Shown here in pieces: positions 56,305 through 64,000 of a stretch of DNA of 64,000 nt (positions are counted from its first letter, which is position 1; each line of letters opens with the position of its first letter). Source of the DNA: Lachnospiraceae bacterium. GTDB lineage: Bacteria; Bacillota; Clostridia; Lachnospirales; Lachnospiraceae. Position numbers and translations under genes: made by a program. The notes under the pieces are model-generated. The model was not told the DNA's origin, did no database searches, and saw only the letters and a program-made list of their open reading frames with translations. The stretch spans positions 25,248-89,247 of the forward strand of contig JAUNDG010000002.1 in assembly GCA_030526195.1 (NCBI GenBank), read 5' to 3'.

Positions 56305-56997
56305 TTATACCTGATAATAGCGTTTGCCGAAGATATCCGAGCCCACACGCACCATGGTTGAGCCCTCTTCCACCGCTATCTTGTAATCATTGGACATACC
56401 CATACTAAGGGTAGTACCACACATATTATTGAGGTTTTTGGAATTTATGTCAACACTTAATTTCCGAAGCTCGGCGAAGAAGGGACGGTCATCCTCCGGG
56501 TCATCCAGGAAGGGCGCGCTGGTCATCAGACCCTCAAATCGGATGTGCGGATAGTCTGCCAGAGCGGCCACAAAGGCCGGGGCTTCTTCTGCGGAAATGC
56601 CGAATTTGCTTTCCTCTCCGCCGACGTTCACTTCCACCAGGATCGGAATAATCCGGTTGTGTTTCGCCGCTTCCTTATCGATGACGGCTGCCAGTTCCAG
56701 TGAATCCACGGAATGGATCATGGCCACGTAGGGGGCGATGTATTTGACTTTGTTCTTCTGTAAATGACCGATCATGTGCCAGTTAATATCCTTGGGCAGA
56801 TGCTCCTGCTTCTCCCGCAGCTCCTGCACATAATTTTCGCCGAAATCCCGATGGCCGGCTTCGTAAAGCTCCATAATATCGGCTTCAGGCTTTGTCTTGG
56901 AGACCGCCAGCAGGGTGACATCCCCGGCATCACGACCCACCTTGGCACAGGCCTCGGCGATATTGTCTTTTACAGCATTCAGATTATCAATGAGCAT
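56305..56997 (-). CDS. yggS: YggS/YlmE-family PLP homeostasis protein
   Basis: LLAVSKTKP (PLP lysine), HMIGHLQKNK and the C-terminal MVRVGSDIFG. Confidence 0.9.
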   Translation of the reverse strand: MLIDNLNAVKDNIAEACAKVGRDAGDVTLLAVSKTKPEADIMELYEAGHRDFGENYVQELREKQEHLPKDINWHMIGHLQKNKVKYIAPYVAMIHSVDSLELAAVIDKEAAKHNRIIPILVEVNVGGEESKFGISAEEAPAFVAALADYPHIRFEGLMTSAPFLDDPEDDRPFFAELRKLSVDINSKNLNNMCGTTLSMGMSNDYKIAVEEGSTMVRVGSDIFGKRYYQV

Positions 56998-57051
56998 GAA
57001 AACGCTCCTTTCTTACTAAATATACCAACTTAAAATTCTGTCATGTATAGA

Positions 57052-57162
57052 GGGAATCTTCCCTTCGTGCCTGTCAATCTCTGATGGGGGGAATCTTCCC
57101 TTTGTGTCTGTCATTCTCTGATTGGGGGAATCTTCCCTTCATGCCCGTAATCTCTGCTCGGG
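57052..57162. repeat. three tandem 37-bp direct repeats, each starting with the mini-palindrome GGGAATCTTCCC
   Basis: Units run 57052-57088, 57089-57125 and 57126-57162. By eye each pair differs at several positions, with the GGGAATCTTCCCTT head conserved in all three (identity not counted). A degenerate partial unit lies just upstream (57030-57051). Confidence 0.85.
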
Positions 57163-57168
57163 CATTCA

Positions 57169-58569
57169 CTATCGCTTGGATGTGATCTCATCTTCTTTTA
57201 CATCGGAGGCATTAAGCACGATATAGTCAAACTGTCGGATACCGTAGCCGGTACCTTTTTCGACAATACAGTAATCTTCATTTTTGTCGAGGATCAGGAT
57301 CTTTCGGAAGACTGCATAACCCTGATTGAGGCAATAGACCCCCTCCAGCTGAGCGGTTTCCCCGATGGTGTAGGTGTCGGTATGATCCGATTCCTTATAA
57401 AGGATATCGCCCGCTGTCAGTTCTTCATTGTCGATGTAATACACCCCGTCCTTGTGTTCGTAAAGGGAGGTCTCCGTGAAAATGATGGAGGCAGCGTTAT
57501 CATCGTTGACCACCTGTTTCAGGAAGCCGATGTTGTTGCTGTCGCCGCCGAGGGCCGCATATTCCTCGGGAATGGTGTAGAACCTTTTGTTGACTACAGA
57601 GGACACCGGGATTTTAAGACCGGTCTGGGTGTTGGTCACAAGCTCCACGGTGAGGAACCGGTCATTGATGTAGCGGATCATACCGCTGGTAAATTCCACA
57701 CGGCCGTAGTAGGCGCCGTCTTCACCTGTGAGAATGGTCAGCTTGCCGGTCTGGGTTTTGCTGTCCTTAAGGAACTTGACCCGGATGGAGGTGCGGCCGT
57801 CTAACTGCACGATCTGACGCGAAGTCAGGGGCACCAGAATGGACCAGGTTTCCGAATCCACCAGTTTATAGACAGGGCTGCCTGCACTGACAGTCTCATC
57901 GGTTTTGAGCTTTGTTTTCACATACTGCTTGCTGTCAAAATCAGCGGCGCTGACCTGCAGGGGATCATAATCCTCATAGCCGTCCATAGCATAGACCACC
58001 ACGCCGTCTGAGGGGGCCACATTCAGCACCTGATCATTCACCGTCATGGTGCCGCCCAGAGTGTTGCCGTCGTGATCGGGCATCTGGGCACTGAGCAGGG
58101 TGCTTTCAATCTCATAGCCGAAATTGTAAGCGTCAAGGAAATTGGAGGGATTAAAAGAACCGGCAAAGTTTTCCAGGCGGTTCTGCATATCCCGGTATTC
58201 CTCGTCCGTGATCTCATCCAGGCGGGTTTCACTCTTGGTATTCCCGATACCGAAGACAGTACCGGTTTTACGGATCTTATTATTCTCTTTGGCATAATAG
58301 GTGATGTATCCGCTGTTTTCAGCCCGGACCACCTGTTCAGATCTCACACAAAGGGCGGTGTACACCTGGTTCTGGGCCAGCGGACCGGCCGTCACCCGGT
58401 AGGACACCACATGACCGGCGGTCATATAAAGCACCAGTGTGATGATAATATAAATAAAAATTGCACCAAAAAGAATCGTTCCGATGTTGAAAGAGAAACG
58501 GCGTTCTCTCACATCGGATTGATTCATTTCTGGTGCAGAATAGTCTTTGTTAATGCGTTTTGTTGACAA
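57169..58569 (-). CDS. membrane-anchored protein with HlyD/biotinyl-lipoyl-like barrel-sandwich features (function unknown)
   Basis: One N-terminal TM segment (FNIGTILFGAIFIYIIITLVLY) and a large beta-rich ectodomain. The assignment is by general resemblance only. Confidence 0.4.
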   Translation of the reverse strand: MSTKRINKDYSAPEMNQSDVRERRFSFNIGTILFGAIFIYIIITLVLYMTAGHVVSYRVTAGPLAQNQVYTALCVRSEQVVRAENSGYITYYAKENNKIRKTGTVFGIGNTKSETRLDEITDEEYRDMQNRLENFAGSFNPSNFLDAYNFGYEIESTLLSAQMPDHDGNTLGGTMTVNDQVLNVAPSDGVVVYAMDGYEDYDPLQVSAADFDSKQYVKTKLKTDETVSAGSPVYKLVDSETWSILVPLTSRQIVQLDGRTSIRVKFLKDSKTQTGKLTILTGEDGAYYGRVEFTSGMIRYINDRFLTVELVTNTQTGLKIPVSSVVNKRFYTIPEEYAALGGDSNNIGFLKQVVNDDNAASIIFTETSLYEHKDGVYYIDNEELTAGDILYKESDHTDTYTIGETAQLEGVYCLNQGYAVFRKILILDKNEDYCIVEKGTGYGIRQFDYIVLNASDVKEDEITSKR

Positions 58570-58602
58570 TGGGGAGCCTCTTTTCGTGACTCCTATCCAT
58601 TA

Positions 58603-59022
58603 TTACAGGGCTGTGTTAACCAGAGCCTGCAGATCGGCATCAAGATCAGCCTTATCAACAGACAGAGTAACTGTCATGTCGATTGAATATTCATCACAAA
58701 TCTTCATTATTTTATGGCATACCGGTGCAACATCTTCTTTTTCGATGCCCGGGATCTTAAGGAGACCATCGATATACATCTGTTCGATGTCTCTGTTCTG
58801 GGAAATGATACCCATGACAAAACCCAGCATCTCGTCAGCTGTGGCAATCGGGAAGTCCTTTGTGCAGATGAGACGAATCTTGTTGTTTAACTCATACATG
58901 TGTCTCATGCTGTGATCTAAATAGACGACGCAGCCTTTTGCTTCTTTCACTTTTTCGTTTGCTGTGTCGATAAGGATACGAGTCTTACCTTTGCCTTTTT
59001 CACCGGTGATTAAACTAACCAT
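58603..59022 (-). CDS. minimal P-loop NTPase (139 aa), function unknown
   Basis: Walker A GEKGKGKT at residues 7-14 and Walker B-like CVVYLD. AAGGAGG RBS. Confidence 0.5.
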   Translation of the reverse strand: MVSLITGEKGKGKTRILIDTANEKVKEAKGCVVYLDHSMRHMYELNNKIRLICTKDFPIATADEMLGFVMGIISQNRDIEQMYIDGLLKIPGIEKEDVAPVCHKIMKICDEYSIDMTVTLSVDKADLDADLQALVNTAL

Positions 59023-59076
59023 GGCGTTATACCTCCTTGAATTCAGACAGTATAGAGCATGTCCGTTATAGGTATA

Positions 59077-59105
59077 ATTATAGAGGAAGACCCCATGGTT
59101 TTCAA
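59077..59105 (-). promoter_or_regulatory. candidate promoter of the P-loop gene (TTGAAA-17-TATAAT on the minus strand)
   Basis: Minus-strand TTGAAA at 59105-59100, a 17-nt spacer and TATAAT at 59082-59077. Confidence 0.5.
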
Positions 59106-59124
59106 GTGCGGACTTACACAGTCT

Positions 59125-60282
59125 TTACATATTTGTAGAGATTAACAAACTATCCATGTCATCATAGAGCATCTTTTTGTTCTGCTCCCGGACGATGACA
59201 TCAATGAAAAGTTCGCCGTAGGCATTCTGGGTCACAAGGGCCAGACAACTGCCGGCGATGGAGGTAGTACCTGTCTTGCCGCCCAGGACAGAGACATTTT
59301 TCGGCACCGTGCGATAGCCGGTCAGATAGTAATCCGTTGAGTCAAGTCGCTTCTGAATCTCCTCTCCCGCTGTGTTGGTATAGGTCAGCACATAATAGGG
59401 ATTCTGGGACATATTAAAGAACTCCGGATAAGCGGAAGCGGCATTCAGCATCAGATAGATGTCGTAGACACAGGTGTAGTGATTGTAGTCATGAAGCCCG
59501 GTGGGGTTCACAAAATGAGTCCCCACAGCCCCGATCTTCAGGGCTTCTTCGTTCATCAGATTCACGAAGTCAGACACGGCCCCCCCCACATGACGGGCCA
59601 CGGCCATGGCCGCATCGTTGCCGGAATACACCACCATGGCATTGATGAGTTCTTTCAGTCGGACGGTGTCCCCCACGGCAAAGCCGATGGACTGAGACCC
59701 TTCCTCAAGATTGATATCCTGGGGCGCGATGGTGACCATGTCATCCATATTGCCGTATTTAAGAGCTACCACCAGAGTCATGAGCTTGGTGATACTGGCC
59801 GGGTAGATGGTGTCGTACATATTCTGGGCAAAGAGCACCTTTTTATCGGTTAGGCTGAAAAGAGCGCCGCAGGCCCCGCTTTCAATATGCACATCACCAT
59901 AGGCCTGATTGTCCGGACCGACACAAAGATTCTCGGTAAAACCGGGGGCTGTCTCCAGTGCGGAAACAGCGGAAGCCCCGTAACCAAGGCCCGATTCCCG
60001 GTAAAGGGCGGGCACACGTACGGTGGACACATATTTAAGAGCATAGATGGAAAAGCCGCCCACCGCCAGAGCACCCACCAGCAGCATGATCATGGCGGCT
60101 GTGAGCACATTGCGGCGCTGCTTGCTCTTCTGCTTTCTGGTAAGCTTCGGGGCCTTTTTGATGGTGTCAATCCCCGCGGCTTCGGCACCATCGTCAGTGG
60201 CATCCGGAGTGGCCGGCGTCTGACCGATGTACTCAGCCATGCCGGATTTCTTTTTGGTTGTCTTAATCTCTTCTTCTGTCAT
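59125..60282 (-). CDS. D-alanyl-D-alanine carboxypeptidase (S11, PBP5/DacB-like) with N-terminal membrane anchor
   Basis: The SxxK (ASITKLMT), SxN (YSGNDAA) and KTG (GGKTGTTS) triad. Confidence 0.85.
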   Translation of the reverse strand: MTEEEIKTTKKKSGMAEYIGQTPATPDATDDGAEAAGIDTIKKAPKLTRKQKSKQRRNVLTAAMIMLLVGALAVGGFSIYALKYVSTVRVPALYRESGLGYGASAVSALETAPGFTENLCVGPDNQAYGDVHIESGACGALFSLTDKKVLFAQNMYDTIYPASITKLMTLVVALKYGNMDDMVTIAPQDINLEEGSQSIGFAVGDTVRLKELINAMVVYSGNDAAMAVARHVGGAVSDFVNLMNEEALKIGAVGTHFVNPTGLHDYNHYTCVYDIYLMLNAASAYPEFFNMSQNPYYVLTYTNTAGEEIQKRLDSTDYYLTGYRTVPKNVSVLGGKTGTTSIAGSCLALVTQNAYGELFIDVIVREQNKKMLYDDMDSLLISTNM

Positions 60283-61447
60283 AACGTCTGTTTAATTTAC
60301 GGGTATGGCGTTTGTTCTGTTCACGACGGACGTTGGATAAGCGGACCTTACTCTGAAGACCGACGTTCAAAACAATGCCGATACCGATGAACTGGCTTTC
60401 CAGTGAGGAAAGACCGTAGCTGACAAAGGGCAGCGGTGTGCCGGTGTTGGGCAGAAGGCCTGTGGCTACACCGATGTTGATAAAACTCTGGAAGGCGATA
60501 ACCGCCGCAACCCCGGTGCATATGATCACACCGGACAGGTCCTTGGCCCGCCTGCTGACATACAGGCATTCCATGACCACCAGCAAAAGCAGGATGATGA
60601 TACCCGAGCTCCCCAGGAACCCGATTTCCTCTCCCGCTACGGCGAAAATGAAGTCCGTCTGGATTTCCGGAATGAAGTTCCCCTTATTGGCAGAGGAAAC
60701 GTCCGAGTTATTAAGACCCTTCCCCATCAGCTGCCCGGAGCCGATGGCATTCACAGAGTTATTCTGCTGCGTATTGTTGTCTTTGTACTCTTCCTTGTCC
60801 GGATAGATGAACGCCATAATACGGTTGCGCTGGTAATCCTGGAGCAGGGTCTGATCCGGCTGCTTGACGATGCTGATGAAAATGGTCCCCACCGGAATGA
60901 GGATGGCCAGCACCACGATGATGAACCGGTAGCTGAGTCCTGCCACAAAATACATGATGCAGAATACCGCCGTGAAGGTGATGGTGTTCTTAAGGTCCGG
61001 CTCCACGAAAATGAGGGCCAGCGGCAAACCGATGAGCGCGGCGATCCGGATCATGATCCGGGGCTTGTTGAGCTCATGAGCGTGCTTCATGAAATACCGG
61101 GCAAAAAAGAGGATCAACAGGATCTTGGCCAGCTCAACAGGCTGGAAACGGACGAACCCAAGGTCGATCCAACGCTGAGCACCGTTGGTGGACCAGCCGA
61201 TCACCAGCACCAGGAACAGAAGGCCCAGTGTGGCCACGTAAAGAATCCAGTAGAAATTGAGGATCCAGGAGAAATCGATCAGGGAAAAGACCACCATTAG
61301 GCCGATGCCCAGAAGGATACCCAGAACCTGGTGCATCTGGAGGGAGGCATCCGCCGATCCCACCAGAAGAACACCGATGACACTCAGTGCCAGGATCCAT
61401 AAGATCAGTCTGAAGTTGTAATCTTTAAGTTTGTAAAGCCTGAGCAT
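60263..61447 (-). CDS. rodA: SEDS-family peptidoglycan glycosyltransferase RodA/FtsW
   Basis: About 10 TM segments, and conserved PEIQTDFIFAVAGEE and LLPNTGTPLPFVSYG motifs. Directly downstream of a class B PBP gene. Confidence 0.85.
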   Translation of the reverse strand: MLRLYKLKDYNFRLILWILALSVIGVLLVGSADASLQMHQVLGILLGIGLMVVFSLIDFSWILNFYWILYVATLGLLFLVLVIGWSTNGAQRWIDLGFVRFQPVELAKILLILFFARYFMKHAHELNKPRIMIRIAALIGLPLALIFVEPDLKNTITFTAVFCIMYFVAGLSYRFIIVVLAILIPVGTIFISIVKQPDQTLLQDYQRNRIMAFIYPDKEEYKDNNTQQNNSVNAIGSGQLMGKGLNNSDVSSANKGNFIPEIQTDFIFAVAGEEIGFLGSSGIIILLLLVVMECLYVSRRAKDLSGVIICTGVAAVIAFQSFINIGVATGLLPNTGTPLPFVSYGLSSLESQFIGIGIVLNVGLQSKVRLSNVRREQNKRHTRKLNRRYDRRRD

Positions 61448-61470
61448 GTATCATGCCTTTCCGCAGACCC

Positions 61471-64000
61471 TTAGTCGGTCTGCTGCTGGCTGACACCACC
61501 GGTGGAGGCGCCGCCTGTGAGGATGCTGGCTTCATCAGCCAGATCAAAGTAATAAGCCAGAACGTCCCGGGTGGCCAGCATGGCGTTGATGGAGGAATAA
61601 CCATTGGCAATACGTGCGGCAATGGCAACCTGCGGCGCTTCATACGGCGCGTAGCAGATGAAAAGCGCGTGGGACGGACTTTGTGAGGATGACTGGGCCG
61701 TACCTGTCTTACCGGCTACATTAACGCCGAAGCCGGCAAATTCAGGTTTCGCCTGGATAACGGCCCGCAGACCCTGATGCACCACGTCCCAGGTCCGGTC
61801 TGACAGCTCAAGGTTGCTGGAGATGGACGGGTCGAAGTTCTGGATCAGGATGCCGTTATTATCGGTCACCTTATCAAGCAGATTCAGATTGTAGCTGGTG
61901 CCGCTGTTGGCCAGTGTGGCGGCATAACGCGCCAGCTGGGTCGTGGTATAGGAATGAGTACCCTGACCGATGGCCGACTGGATGGCATACTGGGTGGAAA
62001 TCTGGGGTTCCGCTTCTGAGATCTGGATGCCGGAGGGCTTATCAAGATCGAAAAGCTGGGCATAAGCCTGAAGCTTGCTTAATGACAGAGAGTCAGACCA
62101 GGCGCCCATATCGGTACGGCCCAGATTAAAGGCCACATTTGAGAAATAGACGTTACAGGAATTCTCAATACCGCCCACCAGGTTGAGGTCGCCATGACCT
62201 TCCTTATACCAGCAGGCCAGCGGTGTTTCGATAAGATCGAACACACCATTGCAGTTATAAACGGTTTCCGGTGTGACCACATGTTCCTCAAGACCGGCCA
62301 CGGTGGTGACCAGCTTAAAGGTGGAACCGGGGGCTGTCTTCTGCTGGGTAGCCTTGTTGTAGAAAGGCTGAGACCCGTCAGTGACCAGCTGATTGTAATA
62401 AGCCGTATCCATAGTGTTGGCCAGACGATTATTGTCATAGCCCGGGTAGGTGACACAGGCTAAGGTGTCGCCGTTATGGGGATCCACTACCACCAGAGAG
62501 CCGGAACAGGGTTCCAGAGCCAGCATGGCCGGGGTGATCTCAAGGTTATTGATCTTGAGCATCATCAGGTCATAGGCCGGCAGCTCACCGTACTGGAAGG
62601 GCCAGTAGCAGTCATCGCCTGTGGACAACACACCCTGATCATACAGCACGTTGATGATCATTTCCGGGGTGATGCGGTCCGCATGCAGCAGATACTTGTA
62701 AAGCAGCTTATCAAACTGCTTATCCGCCGACAGGTTATCGGCGATATAGGAAGCCAGCACACTGTAAACCTCATCGGAGGACACATAGGTGTCGGTTTCT
62801 ACAATGTTGGCGATATCGATCCAGTTCTGGGAGGCGGCATACATCAGATAGTCTTTCATACTGATGGTTTTATCCTTCGCCCAGGCAATGTACATGGCAT
62901 CGGATTTATCGATGGCCTGCGCATTTAAGATACCGGTCTTCTGTGTCAGAAGTGTGTCGACGATGTAAGTCTCATACTCCTTCATCTCATCATCAAGATC
63001 TTCAAAAGCCCGGGGCGCAGCGCCGGTGAGTTCTTCATTGATGGCGGCAAAAACTTCGGCCTGCTTCAGATCGTGGGACGCCAGCATGGCCTTCGAGTTA
63101 TCGGAGGCATCCGGTGCCGCAAACAAAGAGGTATCGATGACACTGTTGGCGATCAGGGCGTTATAAACGTCATAGATCGGGATCCGGATATCGGAGGAGT
63201 CCTCCAGTGCTTCAAAATCAAAGGTCTTTTCGTTGATGATAACAGACTGGACCACACCGGCGATCCGCTGTTCCAGAATCTTATAAGCGGCGATCTGGAG
63301 ATTCTTATCGATGGTCAGATAGACATCGTTGCCCGCCACGGGCTGGATCACGGATTCTTCATTGACTTCCGTGACCTTACCCAGGTTGTCAACGTAAACC
63401 GTCTGACTGCCGTCATGGCCCTGCAGAGTGGTTTCCATGACCTTCTCGATGCCCAGCTTACCGACGACGGAGGTGGTGCTGTAGCCTTCATTTTCTTCGG
63501 AAAGCGCCGTCAGTTCCTCCGCAGAGATCTTGCCGGTGTAACCGATGATGGAGGAAAAGGCCTCCGGATTGTCATAGACACGGATGGAGTCCTCTTCGAT
63601 GGCAATACCCACCAGATTGTTGGATTCCTCGTCAAGATGGGCCACACTCTCCTCTGATAAGTGGGTGGCGATGGTGACGGGCAGGTATTTCTGGTAGCTG
63701 GTGGTGAAAAGCTCGTAACGGATATAGGTGATATCCAGAATCTCTTCTTTAGTCAGCTCAGTGGGCAGACCGACAGAAGTCAGTTCAGCCTCGGTGTAGG
63801 GTTTCTCCTCGCGAATGATACCAAAGCGCTTTTCGGAAATGAGGTACGCCATCATTTCCTCAGCTGTGGCATTGGCCTCCTCATCCTTCATGGTCTCGAT
63901 CTTGGCCCGGCCGTAAACGTCAGCTTTGAAACGCTGAAGGCTTGTGCCGGAAACGTTGTAGGCATACTGCCCATTTTCATCCAGGACCACGTGGAAGTCA
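61471..64000 (-). CDS. mrdA: class B penicillin-binding protein (PBP2/MrdA-like), 5' end outside window
   Basis: Transpeptidase triad STFK (PGSTFKLVT), SxN (NSCNVYF) and KTGTAQ. The frame is still open at position 64000. Confidence 0.85.
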   Translation of the reverse strand, partial: DFHVVLDENGQYAYNVSGTSLQRFKADVYGRAKIETMKDEEANATAEEMMAYLISEKRFGIIREEKPYTEAELTSVGLPTELTKEEILDITYIRYELFTTSYQKYLPVTIATHLSEESVAHLDEESNNLVGIAIEEDSIRVYDNPEAFSSIIGYTGKISAEELTALSEENEGYSTTSVVGKLGIEKVMETTLQGHDGSQTVYVDNLGKVTEVNEESVIQPVAGNDVYLTIDKNLQIAAYKILEQRIAGVVQSVIINEKTFDFEALEDSSDIRIPIYDVYNALIANSVIDTSLFAAPDASDNSKAMLASHDLKQAEVFAAINEELTGAAPRAFEDLDDEMKEYETYIVDTLLTQKTGILNAQAIDKSDAMYIAWAKDKTISMKDYLMYAASQNWIDIANIVETDTYVSSDEVYSVLASYIADNLSADKQFDKLLYKYLLHADRITPEMIINVLYDQGVLSTGDDCYWPFQYGELPAYDLMMLKINNLEITPAMLALEPCSGSLVVVDPHNGDTLACVTYPGYDNNRLANTMDTAYYNQLVTDGSQPFYNKATQQKTAPGSTFKLVTTVAGLEEHVVTPETVYNCNGVFDLIETPLACWYKEGHGDLNLVGGIENSCNVYFSNVAFNLGRTDMGAWSDSLSLSKLQAYAQLFDLDKPSGIQISEAEPQISTQYAIQSAIGQGTHSYTTTQLARYAATLANSGTSYNLNLLDKVTDNNGILIQNFDPSISSNLELSDRTWDVVHQGLRAVIQAKPEFAGFGVNVAGKTGTAQSSSQSPSHALFICYAPYEAPQVAIAARIANGYSSINAMLATRDVLAYYFDLADEASILTGGASTGGVSQQQTD

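Noticed and set aside
57052-57162. CRISPR array interpretation of the 37-bp repeats.
   Set aside because: The units are directly abutting with no unique spacers. There are only three copies and no cas genes in the window.

Overview
Chromosomal window from a Firmicute with GC in the mid-50s %, probably Clostridia-like. Supporting signs are a T-box leader, GAAC-N4-GTTC LexA boxes, SepF, CWB2 wall-anchored proteins and strong Shine-Dalgarno sites. It is mostly housekeeping. From 1 to 41.6 kb, 37 of 38 CDS are on the + strand: queH', argH, asd, topB, a BCAA cluster (ilvB-ilvN-ilvN'-ilvC-leuCD-tRNA-Pro-T-box-leuA), thrC, dgt, yihY, pheST, queA, rplU-rpmA, two tandem CWB2 surface-protein paralogs, obg-nadD-yqeK-rsfS, a LOG-family gene, a CWB2-M15 wall hydrolase, an acidic unknown protein coupled to a UDG-superfamily glycosylase, an AGCS symporter, an SOS module (lexA, a lipoprotein, a YneA-like LysM protein) and an XerS-sized tyrosine recombinase. 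From 41.8 to 64 kb all 18 CDS are on the - strand: an Ntn-hydrolase-like gene, a TetR-controlled MacB/FtsX ABC exporter, a GGDEF cyclase, a hybrid histidine kinase, an AI-2E permease, cmk-like, rluD, lspA, aroB, sepF, yggS, a HlyD-like membrane protein, a mini P-loop ATPase, a DD-carboxypeptidase, rodA and mrdA'. The main finding is that the gene-orientation flip at about 41.7 kb coincides with a dif-like 27-bp imperfect palindrome, about 65 bp downstream of the recombinase gene. This suggests a replication terminus served by a recombinase/dif module. Other observations: a near-identical 52-nt hairpin element in the 5' leaders of two unrelated genes, as inverted copies 10 kb apart, with looser relatives upstream of two CWB2 genes; four LexA boxes on the promoter of the YneA-like gene; L27 without a propeptide or Prp gene; CWB2 genes inserted into the rplU-rpmA-obg cluster; a tRNA-Pro fused upstream of a Leu T-box; and a 37-bp tandem repeat upstream of yggS-sepF. 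I saw no CRISPR array, transposase, prophage or recognisable defence system. All calls come from reading the sequence and ORF translations, with no database search.
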